A stretch of DNA of 64,000 nt from an uncultured Desulfobacter sp. (lineage in GTDB: Bacteria > Desulfobacterota > Desulfobacteria > Desulfobacterales > Desulfobacteraceae): NCBI GenBank assembly GCA_963665095.1, contig OY762069.1:6400001-6464000 (forward strand), given 5' to 3'. Shown in pieces: positions 39,107-47,879 of this stretch. A program made the translations under genes and the position numbers. The first letter of the stretch is position 1; every line of letters starts with the position of its first letter. The notes beneath the pieces are model-generated. The model had not been told where the DNA came from, did no database searches, and was given only the letters and a program-made list of their open reading frames with translations.

Positions 39107-39715
39107 TTACATTGTCCCACTTTTCAGCAGAGCAATGGTGGCCGCCCTGGCGGTGTCTGCAAAATCTTCAAAGGGGTTGTCCTCATTCAGGAAATGGGTA
39201 TGAAACTCAAGCCCCTCCATCAGGGTTAGGACATAGTCGGCAGCCTTTCGTTCATCCGAGACCCGGATCACCCCTTCCCGGTTAAACACAATGAACTCTT
39301 CATGCAGGTAATCCCGCAGCCAGCGGAACATGCCGGTGAGGATCTCACGGATGGCCTCATCCCTGAAACTTTTGTAATAAAAACCGAAGTGAACTCCCGG
39401 ATCCACAGTGCGGTTCCATTTGAAGCTGAAAAGCAGGTCCATGAGCGCATCAAAGCGCCTGGCACTGTCTTCAATCAAATCGAAGTTGAGCATGTGTTCG
39501 GCCTTGTATTTAGTGATCAAAAGTTCGATCAGCTCACGCTGCAGGTTGTCCTTGTTCTTGAAATAGTGAAGAATCAGGGTGGGGTGCAGATTCAAATGCT
39601 CGGCAATTTTGCCGATGGAACTGCCTTCAAACCCTTTCTGGATTAACACCTGGTAATATCCTTCCAGGATTTCAGGCTTTCGTGTCTCTGCATTTCTATT
39701 TTTTCTGTTTGCCAT
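39107..39715 (-). CDS. TetR/AcrR family transcriptional regulator
   Basis: GFEGSSIGKIAEHLNLHPTLILHYFKNKDNL HTH. Confidence 0.9.
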   Translation of the reverse strand: MANRKNRNAETRKPEILEGYYQVLIQKGFEGSSIGKIAEHLNLHPTLILHYFKNKDNLQRELIELLITKYKAEHMLNFDLIEDSARRFDALMDLLFSFKWNRTVDPGVHFGFYYKSFRDEAIREILTGMFRWLRDYLHEEFIVFNREGVIRVSDERKAADYVLTLMEGLEFHTHFLNEDNPFEDFADTARAATIALLKSGTM

Positions 39716-39823
39716 GACTTACAGCCATCCGTTTTGCCCTGTCTTTTGGAATTGTTTTTCGATTTAATTTTGAAAGTTACATTTTAGTATGATTTACATG
39801 GAGAAAACTGTCTTGTCAATATG

Positions 39824-39845
39824 ATTTACTGAATGGTCAGTAAAT
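39824..39845. promoter_or_regulatory. candidate TetR operator ATTTACTGA-ATGG-TCAGTAAAT
   Basis: Perfect 9-bp dyad next to a minus-strand TTGACA (39814-39819) upstream of tetR. Confidence 0.7.
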
Positions 39846-40099
39846 AGTGTAGTGAGGAAAGTCTTCATGACTCTGCTTCCTGTCCAGTATGGAGAGACGA
39901 CAATTCGAGGGGAGATGGCTGCAATGGGTATTGTGCCGGGTGAAAGGCGTTAATTCAGGCAGAAGCTTGAGGGTGATGGGATCCCCTGCCGGATGTTGGG
40001 CGGCCGGAAGATGATTTGAATCGTGGGAAGGGTCTATTGCCCTTGATAATTGCCCCCTTCAATGGTAATGGTACCTAAATCAACAAAAGAGGATATACA

Positions 40100-40711
40100 A
40101 TGAGATTGACGCATCTGTTTCTAACGTGCTTTTTCTGTTTAGCGATGACTACCTGTCTCTATGCAAAGGATATTTATGTGAGCGGGGTGACCAAAATCAC
40201 CATGCGCACCGGCCCGGGCACCACCCACAAGATTGTTGCCATGCTCACCAGCGGTACCAGGCTTGGGGTTGTTGAATATAACCAGGACTGGTCCGAGGTG
40301 AAAACTCAAGATGGGAAAACCGGCTGGGTCCTGACCCGTTTTCTTACTGAGGAAGTGCCCAAGGCCCTGGTTGTTGAGCAGCTTAAAACGGAAAATGCCC
40401 GTCTGGAATCCGACCTTGCTGACGCCAAAGAAAAGCTTGCCGCCTTAAAAAATCGGAACAAAGAACTTACCGAAATTGAGGCCAGATATAAAAAGCTCAA
40501 AGATGCCTCTGCCAATTACCTGAAACTGGATGCCGAACATAAGACGCTGCTGGAGCAGTCCAAAAGCCAGGAAGAGCGCATTCAAAGCCTTGAGGCAGGC
40601 AGGCATAGTGAAATTAAACTGGGGCTGCTTTCCGGTGCCGGTGTGTTTATTGTGGGCCTGATTTTTGGTTTGAGCACCCGGAAAAAAAGAAATAATTCTC
40701 TGCTGTCCTGA
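40100..40711 (+). CDS. SH3 domain protein (TIGR04211/YgiM-like)
   Basis: Signal peptide, ITMRTGPG..GWV SH3b, coiled coil, C-terminal TM anchor. Confidence 0.88.
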   Translation: MRLTHLFLTCFFCLAMTTCLYAKDIYVSGVTKITMRTGPGTTHKIVAMLTSGTRLGVVEYNQDWSEVKTQDGKTGWVLTRFLTEEVPKALVVEQLKTENARLESDLADAKEKLAALKNRNKELTEIEARYKKLKDASANYLKLDAEHKTLLEQSKSQEERIQSLEAGRHSEIKLGLLSGAGVFIVGLIFGLSTRKKRNNSLLS

Positions 40712-40810
40712 ACCTGTAACACCCATGGCAATCTATCCATTTCAATGTTCACTACACATTAAAATTATAAGGTTATTCTCCTTCCAAATTTAAAGAATGG
40801 CACATTTAAA

Positions 40811-42427
40811 ATGATTGAAACTGATTTTTTGATTATCGGCAGTGGTGTTGCCGGTTTAAGTTATGCCCTGAAAGTTGCCGAATACGGCCGGGTTACAATA
40901 ATCACCAAGAAAAAAATTTATAAAACCAATACGGCACTGGCCCAGGGCGGCGTGGCAGCGGTTTTCAGTCAAACGGACTCCTTTGACCGCCATGTGGCAG
41001 ACACCCTGGCGGCCGGTGATGGTTTGTGCGATAAAGAAGTTGTCCGCATGGTTGTTGAAAACGGCCCGGACAGAATCCGGGAGCTGGTGAATTTTGGTGC
41101 GCAGTTTAACCTGGAAGGAGAGGGTAAATATGATTTTGCCCTGGGCCGGGAAGGCGGCCACTCCCAGAACCGGATCATCCATGCCCGGGACCTCACCGGA
41201 AAAGAGATTGAAGATGTGCTGGTGAAAAATGTTGAAAGCCACAAGAACATCACCATTCTGGAAAATCATATTGCAGTAAATCTGATTACTTTTTCAACCA
41301 GTATCCGCAGTGGTCTTGTCAGGACCATGCATGAAAATATCTGCTGCGGTGTCTATGTGCTGGATAATGAGAGCGGGAAAGTGGAAACCGTGGCTGCCAG
41401 GGTCACCCTGCTTGCCACAGGCGGTGGATCAAAGGTCTATCTGTATACCTCCAATCCGGACACTGCCACAGGCGACGGTATTGCCATGGCCTTCCGGGCC
41501 GGGGCCACTGTGGCCAATATGGAATTTGTCCAGTTTCATCCCACCTGTCTGTTCCATCCTGATGCCAAAAATTTTCTGATTTCTGAAGCTGTACGCGGAG
41601 AGGGGGCCTATCTGGTGGATGAACAGGGCAACCGGTTCATGAAGAACTACTCTTCCGATCTGGAGCTTGCCTGCCGGGACGTTGTGGCCCGGGCCATTGA
41701 CAATGAATTGAAAAAAACCGGTGCCGATACCGTGTATCTGGATATCACCCACAAGGATGCGGATTTTATCCGGGAACGGTTTCCCAATATCCATGACAAA
41801 TGTCTGCAATATGGCATTGATATCACCACCCAGCCCATCCCGGTGGTGCCGGCCGCTCACTATATGTGCGGCGGGGTGGCCACGGATCTGAACGGCCGCA
41901 CCGATATCCAGTGTCTGTATGCTGTGGGTGAAACGGCCTGTACCGGCCTGCACGGCGCCAACCGACTTGCTTCCAACTCCCTTCTTGAGGCACTGGTATA
42001 TGCGGATAAGGCCGCCAAAGCCGCTTTGCAGGAGTTTGAACAGGCCGGGAAAAATGCCCCTGTCACACTTGCCCCCTGGGATGAAACCAATACTCTGGAC
42101 AGTGATGAGGCCATCATGGTGACCCAGAACTGGGATGAAATCCGGCGCCTGATGTGGAATTATGTGGGTATTGTCCGTTCAGACAAGCGGCTCCACCGGG
42201 CCCAGCGCCGCATTGAGATGATCCAGCATGAGATTGAAGAGTATTACTGGGATTTTAAAATTACATCAGATCTCATAGAGTTGCGCAACCTGGCCACGGT
42301 GGCTGAACTGATTATCAAGTCCGCCTTAATGAGAAAAGAGAGCCGCGGACTTCACTATAATCTGTGGTACCCGGACAAGGATGATGTCAACTGCCTGGCA
42401 CCTACCCTGATCCAGAAACAGTTTTAA
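40811..42427 (+). CDS. nadB: L-aspartate oxidase
   Basis: AQGGVAAV, REGGHS, QFHPT, LISEAVRGEG, AHYMCGG, GLHGANRLASNSLLE, ESRGLH. Confidence 0.96.
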   Translation: MIETDFLIIGSGVAGLSYALKVAEYGRVTIITKKKIYKTNTALAQGGVAAVFSQTDSFDRHVADTLAAGDGLCDKEVVRMVVENGPDRIRELVNFGAQFNLEGEGKYDFALGREGGHSQNRIIHARDLTGKEIEDVLVKNVESHKNITILENHIAVNLITFSTSIRSGLVRTMHENICCGVYVLDNESGKVETVAARVTLLATGGGSKVYLYTSNPDTATGDGIAMAFRAGATVANMEFVQFHPTCLFHPDAKNFLISEAVRGEGAYLVDEQGNRFMKNYSSDLELACRDVVARAIDNELKKTGADTVYLDITHKDADFIRERFPNIHDKCLQYGIDITTQPIPVVPAAHYMCGGVATDLNGRTDIQCLYAVGETACTGLHGANRLASNSLLEALVYADKAAKAALQEFEQAGKNAPVTLAPWDETNTLDSDEAIMVTQNWDEIRRLMWNYVGIVRSDKRLHRAQRRIEMIQHEIEEYYWDFKITSDLIELRNLATVAELIIKSALMRKESRGLHYNLWYPDKDDVNCLAPTLIQKQF

Positions 42428-43095
42428 TCGTTATCTCCCCTTTCCTGCTTAAGGGAGCCAATGAATTTTTTTAAAGGCTTGAGATAGGGAATAATGATCA
42501 GTACACAGATGGCGGCAAAAATATACTGGATCATATGAAACTGCTGCTGCAGGAAATCAAACCCGTAGCACCAGCCCACGATGGCAACCAGGGTTCCTAA
42601 ACCGGCCGCGCTGAAATTGCTGATGATACGCATTTTGAGCATAAACCCGATAATGGTACCCACCACAGGGCCTGTAACAGGCAAAGGTGCCATAACAAAG
42701 GTAAATACGCCGAGCCACCCCCACCGCTCTATTTTGTCTTTTTTCTCTATGGCCTTGTCCGACAGCCGCTGCATGAACCGTTTGATCCAGGGGGATTTAA
42801 AGGCATTGTAAGAGGTGGTCAGGATAAAACCGGCGTAGGTATAACAGACAATCACGCATTCCATATAAAAATTTAAGGCAATGGTTTCAAGGGGATGAAA
42901 GTCGTTGAGAATGCAAAGTCCTATGCCGCCCGCCCGGCTGCCGGCACAGTGGGCCAGAAACGCCAGTAGCACAACTTTAGCCCCGGGGTGACCCTGGTAC
43001 ATGCCGATGCCTGTCGCAGCAATAAACACTGCGGTAAGAAAAAAACCGGTCAAAAGGACCCGGCCTTCAGCAGTATAAAAAATAATTTTTTTCAT
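42424..43095 (-). CDS. small multi-drug export family membrane protein
   Basis: Multiple TM segments; ERWGWLGVFTFVMAPLPVTGPVVG motif. Confidence 0.7.
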   Translation of the reverse strand: MKKIIFYTAEGRVLLTGFFLTAVFIAATGIGMYQGHPGAKVVLLAFLAHCAGSRAGGIGLCILNDFHPLETIALNFYMECVIVCYTYAGFILTTSYNAFKSPWIKRFMQRLSDKAIEKKDKIERWGWLGVFTFVMAPLPVTGPVVGTIIGFMLKMRIISNFSAAGLGTLVAIVGWCYGFDFLQQQFHMIQYIFAAICVLIIIPYLKPLKKFIGSLKQERGDND

Positions 43096-43177
43096 TATAA
43101 CCGTTTTTTAATAATTATGGAAAAGGGTTATAAGGTATGGGATTGTACTTGTCAAGACAGTTGGTTACCCTTGAAAT

Positions 43178-43888
43178 TTATGGCTTCACACCCACAAAAA
43201 GGGTGACAATGCCAAAAGTCATCTGTTTGTACCGGATGTCGGTAAACCCGGCTTGTCTCATCAGTCCTGCAAAGGTTTCTGGGCAAGGAAATCTTAGTAC
43301 CGATGCCGGAAGATAGGTATAGGCATTGCCGTGTTTGGAAAAAAAAGAGCCGATCAACGGCAGAATTTTTTTAAAATAGACCAGATACATGCTGCGCATG
43401 ATGCCTTTTTCCGGAGTGGTCAGCTCCAGAATCACAATGCGGCCATGGTTTTTAAGGCAGCGGTGGAATTCACGCATGGCCCGGGTCCGGTCCATAATAT
43501 TGCGGATGCCAAAGGCCATGAACCCTGCATCAAAATGCCCGTCCGATACCGGCAGGTTCAGGGCATCCCCGTTGACAAGGGTAATGGCCTGCCCGTTTTT
43601 TCCTTTAAGCTTTTTTTTGCCAAGGGCCAGCATGCCAAATGAAAAATCAAGACCCGTAATTCGGGCCTTTCCCTTGAGGCTGCGGCTGATCTCAAGGCCC
43701 ACGTCACAGGTGCCGCAGGCCGCATCCAGTACACGGGCTTCTGCTTCAAGCCCGGCAGCCCTGACCATCTCTTTTCTCCAGCGTACATCCTGGCGCATGC
43801 TCAAGAGACGGTTTAAAAAATCATACTTGGGTGCGATTTTATCAAACATCTCTTTGACAAAATCCAGTTCTTGGTTCATCGTTGACAT
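43178..43888 (-). CDS. menG: demethylmenaquinone methyltransferase (MenG/UbiE)
   Basis: MFDKIAPKYDFLNRLLS, VLDAACGTCD, AFGIRN, AYTYLPASV. Confidence 0.93.
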   Translation of the reverse strand: MSTMNQELDFVKEMFDKIAPKYDFLNRLLSMRQDVRWRKEMVRAAGLEAEARVLDAACGTCDVGLEISRSLKGKARITGLDFSFGMLALGKKKLKGKNGQAITLVNGDALNLPVSDGHFDAGFMAFGIRNIMDRTRAMREFHRCLKNHGRIVILELTTPEKGIMRSMYLVYFKKILPLIGSFFSKHGNAYTYLPASVLRFPCPETFAGLMRQAGFTDIRYKQMTFGIVTLFVGVKP

Positions 43889-44001
43889 CTTTGGAATCTG
43901 AGTTATTGTGGTTTATTTATTCTTAAAAACAGGCTGGAAAGCTATCATACAACTGATTTAAACACAAATATAAATGGATTTAAGCTTTATCGGGCACCGA
44001 C

Positions 44002-45099
44002 ATGAGTGAAAAAAGAGACTACTACGAGATCCTTGGGGTCGGCCGGGATGCAGACAAGACCGTGCTGAAGAAAGCCTACCGGAAACTGGCTATCAAATAT
44101 CACCCGGATAAAAATCCGGATAATAAAGAGGCGGAGGATAAATTTAAAGAGGCGTCTGAAGCCTATGAGGTGCTGACGGACGACAACAAGCGTCAGATTT
44201 ATGACCAGTTTGGCCACCAGGGCCTTGAAGGCGCCGGACATTCCGGACCCAGCGGGTTTGAAGATATTTTTTCCAGTTTCGGTGATATTTTTGAAGATTT
44301 TTTCGGGTTTGGCGGCGGCCGCGGCGGGAGCCGGGTCCGGCGGGGATCTGATCTTCGCTATGATATGACCATAGATTTTATGGAAGCCGCCTTTGGCACG
44401 GAAAAAACCATCTCCATTCCCAAGCTGGAAACCTGTGACGAGTGCAAAGGTTCCGGGGCTGCGCCCGGCACGTCAGCTGAGACGTGCTCCCATTGCCGGG
44501 GTACAGGGCAGTTTATCCAGAGCCAGGGCTTTTTCAAGGTGAAAACCAGTTGTCCCTATTGCAATGGCCGGGGGACTATTATTCCCAATCCCTGCCCCAA
44601 ATGCAGAGGCGCAGGCCGTATGGAAATTACCCGGAAAGTCCAGGTCAAGATTCCGGCCGGCGTTGATGTGGGCTCCAAACTGCGCCTGACAGGTGAAGGG
44701 GAGGCCTCCGGATCCCCCAATGGCCAGCCCGGAGATCTTTACGTGGTCATCAATGTCAAACCCCACAAATTTTTCCAGCGGGACAGAACCGATATTATAT
44801 GTGCCATTGACATCTCTTTTATTCAGGCGGCCCTTGGGGCGGAGATCACTGTTCCCACCCTGGTGGGCGAGGAAAAACTCAATATTCCGGCTGGTACCCA
44901 GTACGGGGATACCTTCAGGTTCAGAGGCGAGGGTATCGCCTCTTTGAGAACCGGGCGGCGCGGGGACCAGATCATCAAAGTGGTGGTCAAAACCCCAACC
45001 AAGCTAAGTCAGAAACAAAGGGATCTGCTGGAAGAATTTGACAGACTGGATTCAAATAAAATATCAAACAAACTGAAGAATCTGTTTAAGAACCTGTAA
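44002..45099 (+). CDS. dnaJ: molecular chaperone DnaJ
   Basis: J-domain with HPD, G/F region, four CxxCxGxG repeats. Confidence 0.97.
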   Translation: MSEKRDYYEILGVGRDADKTVLKKAYRKLAIKYHPDKNPDNKEAEDKFKEASEAYEVLTDDNKRQIYDQFGHQGLEGAGHSGPSGFEDIFSSFGDIFEDFFGFGGGRGGSRVRRGSDLRYDMTIDFMEAAFGTEKTISIPKLETCDECKGSGAAPGTSAETCSHCRGTGQFIQSQGFFKVKTSCPYCNGRGTIIPNPCPKCRGAGRMEITRKVQVKIPAGVDVGSKLRLTGEGEASGSPNGQPGDLYVVINVKPHKFFQRDRTDIICAIDISFIQAALGAEITVPTLVGEEKLNIPAGTQYGDTFRFRGEGIASLRTGRRGDQIIKVVVKTPTKLSQKQRDLLEEFDRLDSNKISNKLKNLFKNL

Positions 45100-45165
45100 G
45101 AATTAAACGCGCAACGCTGTATAGGATTCAAAAAATCGGTAATACAGCTGCCAGACGGGGGACAT

Positions 45166-45546
45166 ATGTTTGAGTTAAAGGTAAAAACCCGGTTTGCCGG
45201 GGCACATCAGCTTGCCATGGTGGGTCAGAAATGTGAGAACCTGCACGGCCATAACTGGCAGGTGGAGGTATATGTCAAGGGTGACCAGCTGAATCAGGCC
45301 GGTGTGCTTGCGGATTTCGGGGATATCAAGCGGGCGGTGCGAGCGGTTGTGGACGGGGAGTTGGATCACCGGTTCTTAAATGAACTGCCGGCATTTGAAG
45401 GAGAACAGCCCACCTCTGAGCGCATTGCCGTATATATTGCCAACAAGGTCCAGGCCTATCTGGAAAAAGAGGTTAAAGAGCCGATCACGGTCTCCCGGGT
45501 CATGGCCTGGGAATCGGATGATGCCTGCGCCATTTATTATCCCTAG
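45166..45546 (+). CDS. queD: 6-carboxy-5,6,7,8-tetrahydropterin synthase
   Basis: FAGAH, CENLHGHNW, DFGDIK, LDHRFLN, PTSERIA, WES. Confidence 0.92.
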   Translation: MFELKVKTRFAGAHQLAMVGQKCENLHGHNWQVEVYVKGDQLNQAGVLADFGDIKRAVRAVVDGELDHRFLNELPAFEGEQPTSERIAVYIANKVQAYLEKEVKEPITVSRVMAWESDDACAIYYP

Positions 45547-45636
45547 ACCGTTTATATCTGTGTAAATAGTCCGGCTGTTCAGGTCGGAAAAAGCCGTCAG
45601 GACCCTGGCAGATCAGCCCGGATCCTGACGGCTTTT

Positions 45637-47013
45637 TTATGCGTTTTCAATGATCCGTTTGGCTGGTATGAGACCTGTGGCTGCCGCAGATACAATATTG
45701 CCGGCCACGCCAGGACCGTCTCCTGCCACATACATCCCCTTGATTTTTGTCTCCAGGTACTCGGAGGTCTGGATCTGGGTGGCAAAAAATTTGATTTCCG
45801 GCGCATAGAGCAGGGTCTCGTCATTGGAAACCCCCGGCACTACAAGGTTTAAGGTCTCCAACCCCTCAATGAGGTTGGACAGGATGCGCTCGGGAAGCGC
45901 CATGGCAATATCCCCGCACACCACATTGGTCATGGTGGGTTCTATATAGCCTTTATGGATCCGGTTCCAGGTGGACCTGCGGCCCCGTTTCAAATCCCCG
46001 AACCGTTGCAGGATGGGCTTGCCTCCACCGATGATACTGGCCAGGCGGCCAATGGACTCCCCGTATGCCTGATTGTCCGTCACCGGTTCCGTGAGCACCA
46101 CCTTTGACAGAAAGGCAAAATTGGTATTGCCTGATTTTTTGTCGGAATAGGCATGTCCGTTGACACAGACAAAATCCTGATAGTTTTCCAGGGCCACAAA
46201 TCCGCCCTGGTTGGTGCAGAAGGTCCGTGTCAGATCGTCATAGGTGTGGGTACGGATAAAAAAGGTGGGGTCGTAGATCACATTGCACAAATCCTCCATG
46301 ATATCGTTGTGGACCTCCACCCGGACGCCGACTTCAATGCCCCGCTGGCTCAGTTCAATGCCGTGGGCCAGGGCCAGGGATGACATCCAGTTGGCCCCGA
46401 TGCGGCCGGGGGCCAGAATCACGTTGGGGGCGCTGTAGGAGCCTTTATCAGTCACAACGCCCTGGATGCAGCCATCTTTTTCAATGATATCGGTGACATT
46501 TTCACTGGTGCGGATCTCAAGACCTTTGGAGATAATGTACTCGGCCATATCTGTGATGTACCCGGGCAGGTTGTCGGAGCCCAGATGTTTTTGCTTGATG
46601 AGCAAGAGATCAATGCCGAACCGCTTGGCATCCTTGCGGATAAGCTTTGCCTCCTCCATATTGGTGGGAAAAACCTGGGCGTCCATCTTAAAACGGGTAA
46701 AAATGCTTTCAGTTTCATCAATCAGGGCCTGGGCTTTTGCCATGGGCATGAACTGGGTCAGATCGGTTTTGCCAAGCCGTGGAATGAAGTTCAGCTTGCC
46801 GTCGGAATAGAGACCTGCCCCGCCGATACCGGATAAAATATTGCATGGATCACACTGGGCGCATTTCTGGTCCCGGCTGATGGGGCATTTGCGCTTAATG
46901 GATTCTCTGCCCCGTTCAATGAGCAGTACTTTAAGGTGTGAGTGTTCCATCAGATGGTAGGCGGCAAACAAACCAGCCGGCCCACCGCCAACAATAATTA
47001 CATCATATGTCAT
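45637..47013 (-). CDS. NAD(P)/FAD-dependent oxidoreductase of unknown function
   Basis: YDVIIVGGGPAG, GGAGLYSDGKL, RTFCTN, VNGHAY, LYAPEIKF, AGDGPG; start taken as ATG 47013. Confidence 0.88.
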   Translation of the reverse strand: MTYDVIIVGGGPAGLFAAYHLMEHSHLKVLLIERGRESIKRKCPISRDQKCAQCDPCNILSGIGGAGLYSDGKLNFIPRLGKTDLTQFMPMAKAQALIDETESIFTRFKMDAQVFPTNMEEAKLIRKDAKRFGIDLLLIKQKHLGSDNLPGYITDMAEYIISKGLEIRTSENVTDIIEKDGCIQGVVTDKGSYSAPNVILAPGRIGANWMSSLALAHGIELSQRGIEVGVRVEVHNDIMEDLCNVIYDPTFFIRTHTYDDLTRTFCTNQGGFVALENYQDFVCVNGHAYSDKKSGNTNFAFLSKVVLTEPVTDNQAYGESIGRLASIIGGGKPILQRFGDLKRGRRSTWNRIHKGYIEPTMTNVVCGDIAMALPERILSNLIEGLETLNLVVPGVSNDETLLYAPEIKFFATQIQTSEYLETKIKGMYVAGDGPGVAGNIVSAAATGLIPAKRIIENA

Positions 47014-47237
47014 ATGAATCCTTTCAAAAAACAACCTCAACGTGCTGGCCCATGCGTCACCGGCACGTATGGTGAACCGGTAACTACTCTGGATGCTACT
47101 GTGTTTGAATTCTAACAGGAACATAATAAACCAAGCACCGGTTATTGAAAGGAAATTATTTTTTTGAAGATAGAATTGGCATCAGCTGCCGTCCCCCACT
47201 GTAAGCTGTAAGTCTGTGGCATAACCCGTTCCGGTCC

Positions 47238-47678
47238 ATCCGCCTGCCGTTCGCTGAAATTCGTTTGCACAACTTCTAAATTTGCTGCGCTAAACTGCAA
47301 AAACTGCGGTCCAGTGGGTCCTCAAACAGTTGTAAGCATAAGCTTCTCTTCGAGCGCAGTTCTTAACGCTACGCTGCATTAAGAATTTGTAGCAAACGAA
47401 TTCCAACGCTCTCTTGCAGGCGGATAGCCCTCCACTGGAGGATTGTAACAAAATCACGGCTTACTTTCCCTTCCTTTGAAGGTTGCCAAATGCTTGGCGA
47501 AGAGGGCTTTGGGTGGGCTGTTGTGGAGCGTTAAGCTGGATTTTTTACAGCCTTTTAATGCAGCGGCGCGGTTAAAAGAAAAAGCTGTCTGACCGAAGGG
47601 AGTTCTTTTTCTTCAGCAAAGCGGAATTTAAAGGCTGTTAAGAATCTTTGCGTGCGGAACAACAGCCTGCCCAAAGCC
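47238..47678. repeat. structured non-coding element made of two related multi-stem hairpin units in inverted orientation
   Basis: Unit A stems 47238-47247/47416-47425, 47258-47268/47392-47402, 47284-47291/47353-47360; unit B stems 47505-47524/47659-47678 and 47539-47555/47630-47646; internal motifs shared between units. Confidence 0.7.
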
Positions 47679-47879
47679 GGATTGGGGTAGGGAGGAGAAT
47701 ATTTTGAATTTACAAACGGCTCTCTAATCTCTTGACGGATTATTAACACGGAGACCCTGGGGTGAAAAAGCATTGAAAAGATATCCTCTTTTTTATATGT
47801 CAGCATAAAAGCTTCTGTTTAATCGATAAGGGCAGTATTCAATCGGTTCATCATAATTCTATGCAAGAGGGATATTTCT

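Noticed and set aside
39860..40060. 6S RNA or other ncRNA
   Set aside because: No long closing stem with a central bubble could be traced
47030..47110. Riboswitch (ZTP-like) in the leader of the FAD oxidoreductase
   Set aside because: Only a single hairpin and a weak 3' resemblance; the conserved 5' motif and pseudoknot partner are absent
47180..47700. CRISPR array or DGR template repeat
   Set aside because: No direct repeats with spacers, and no similarity to the 49466-49597 candidate variable region
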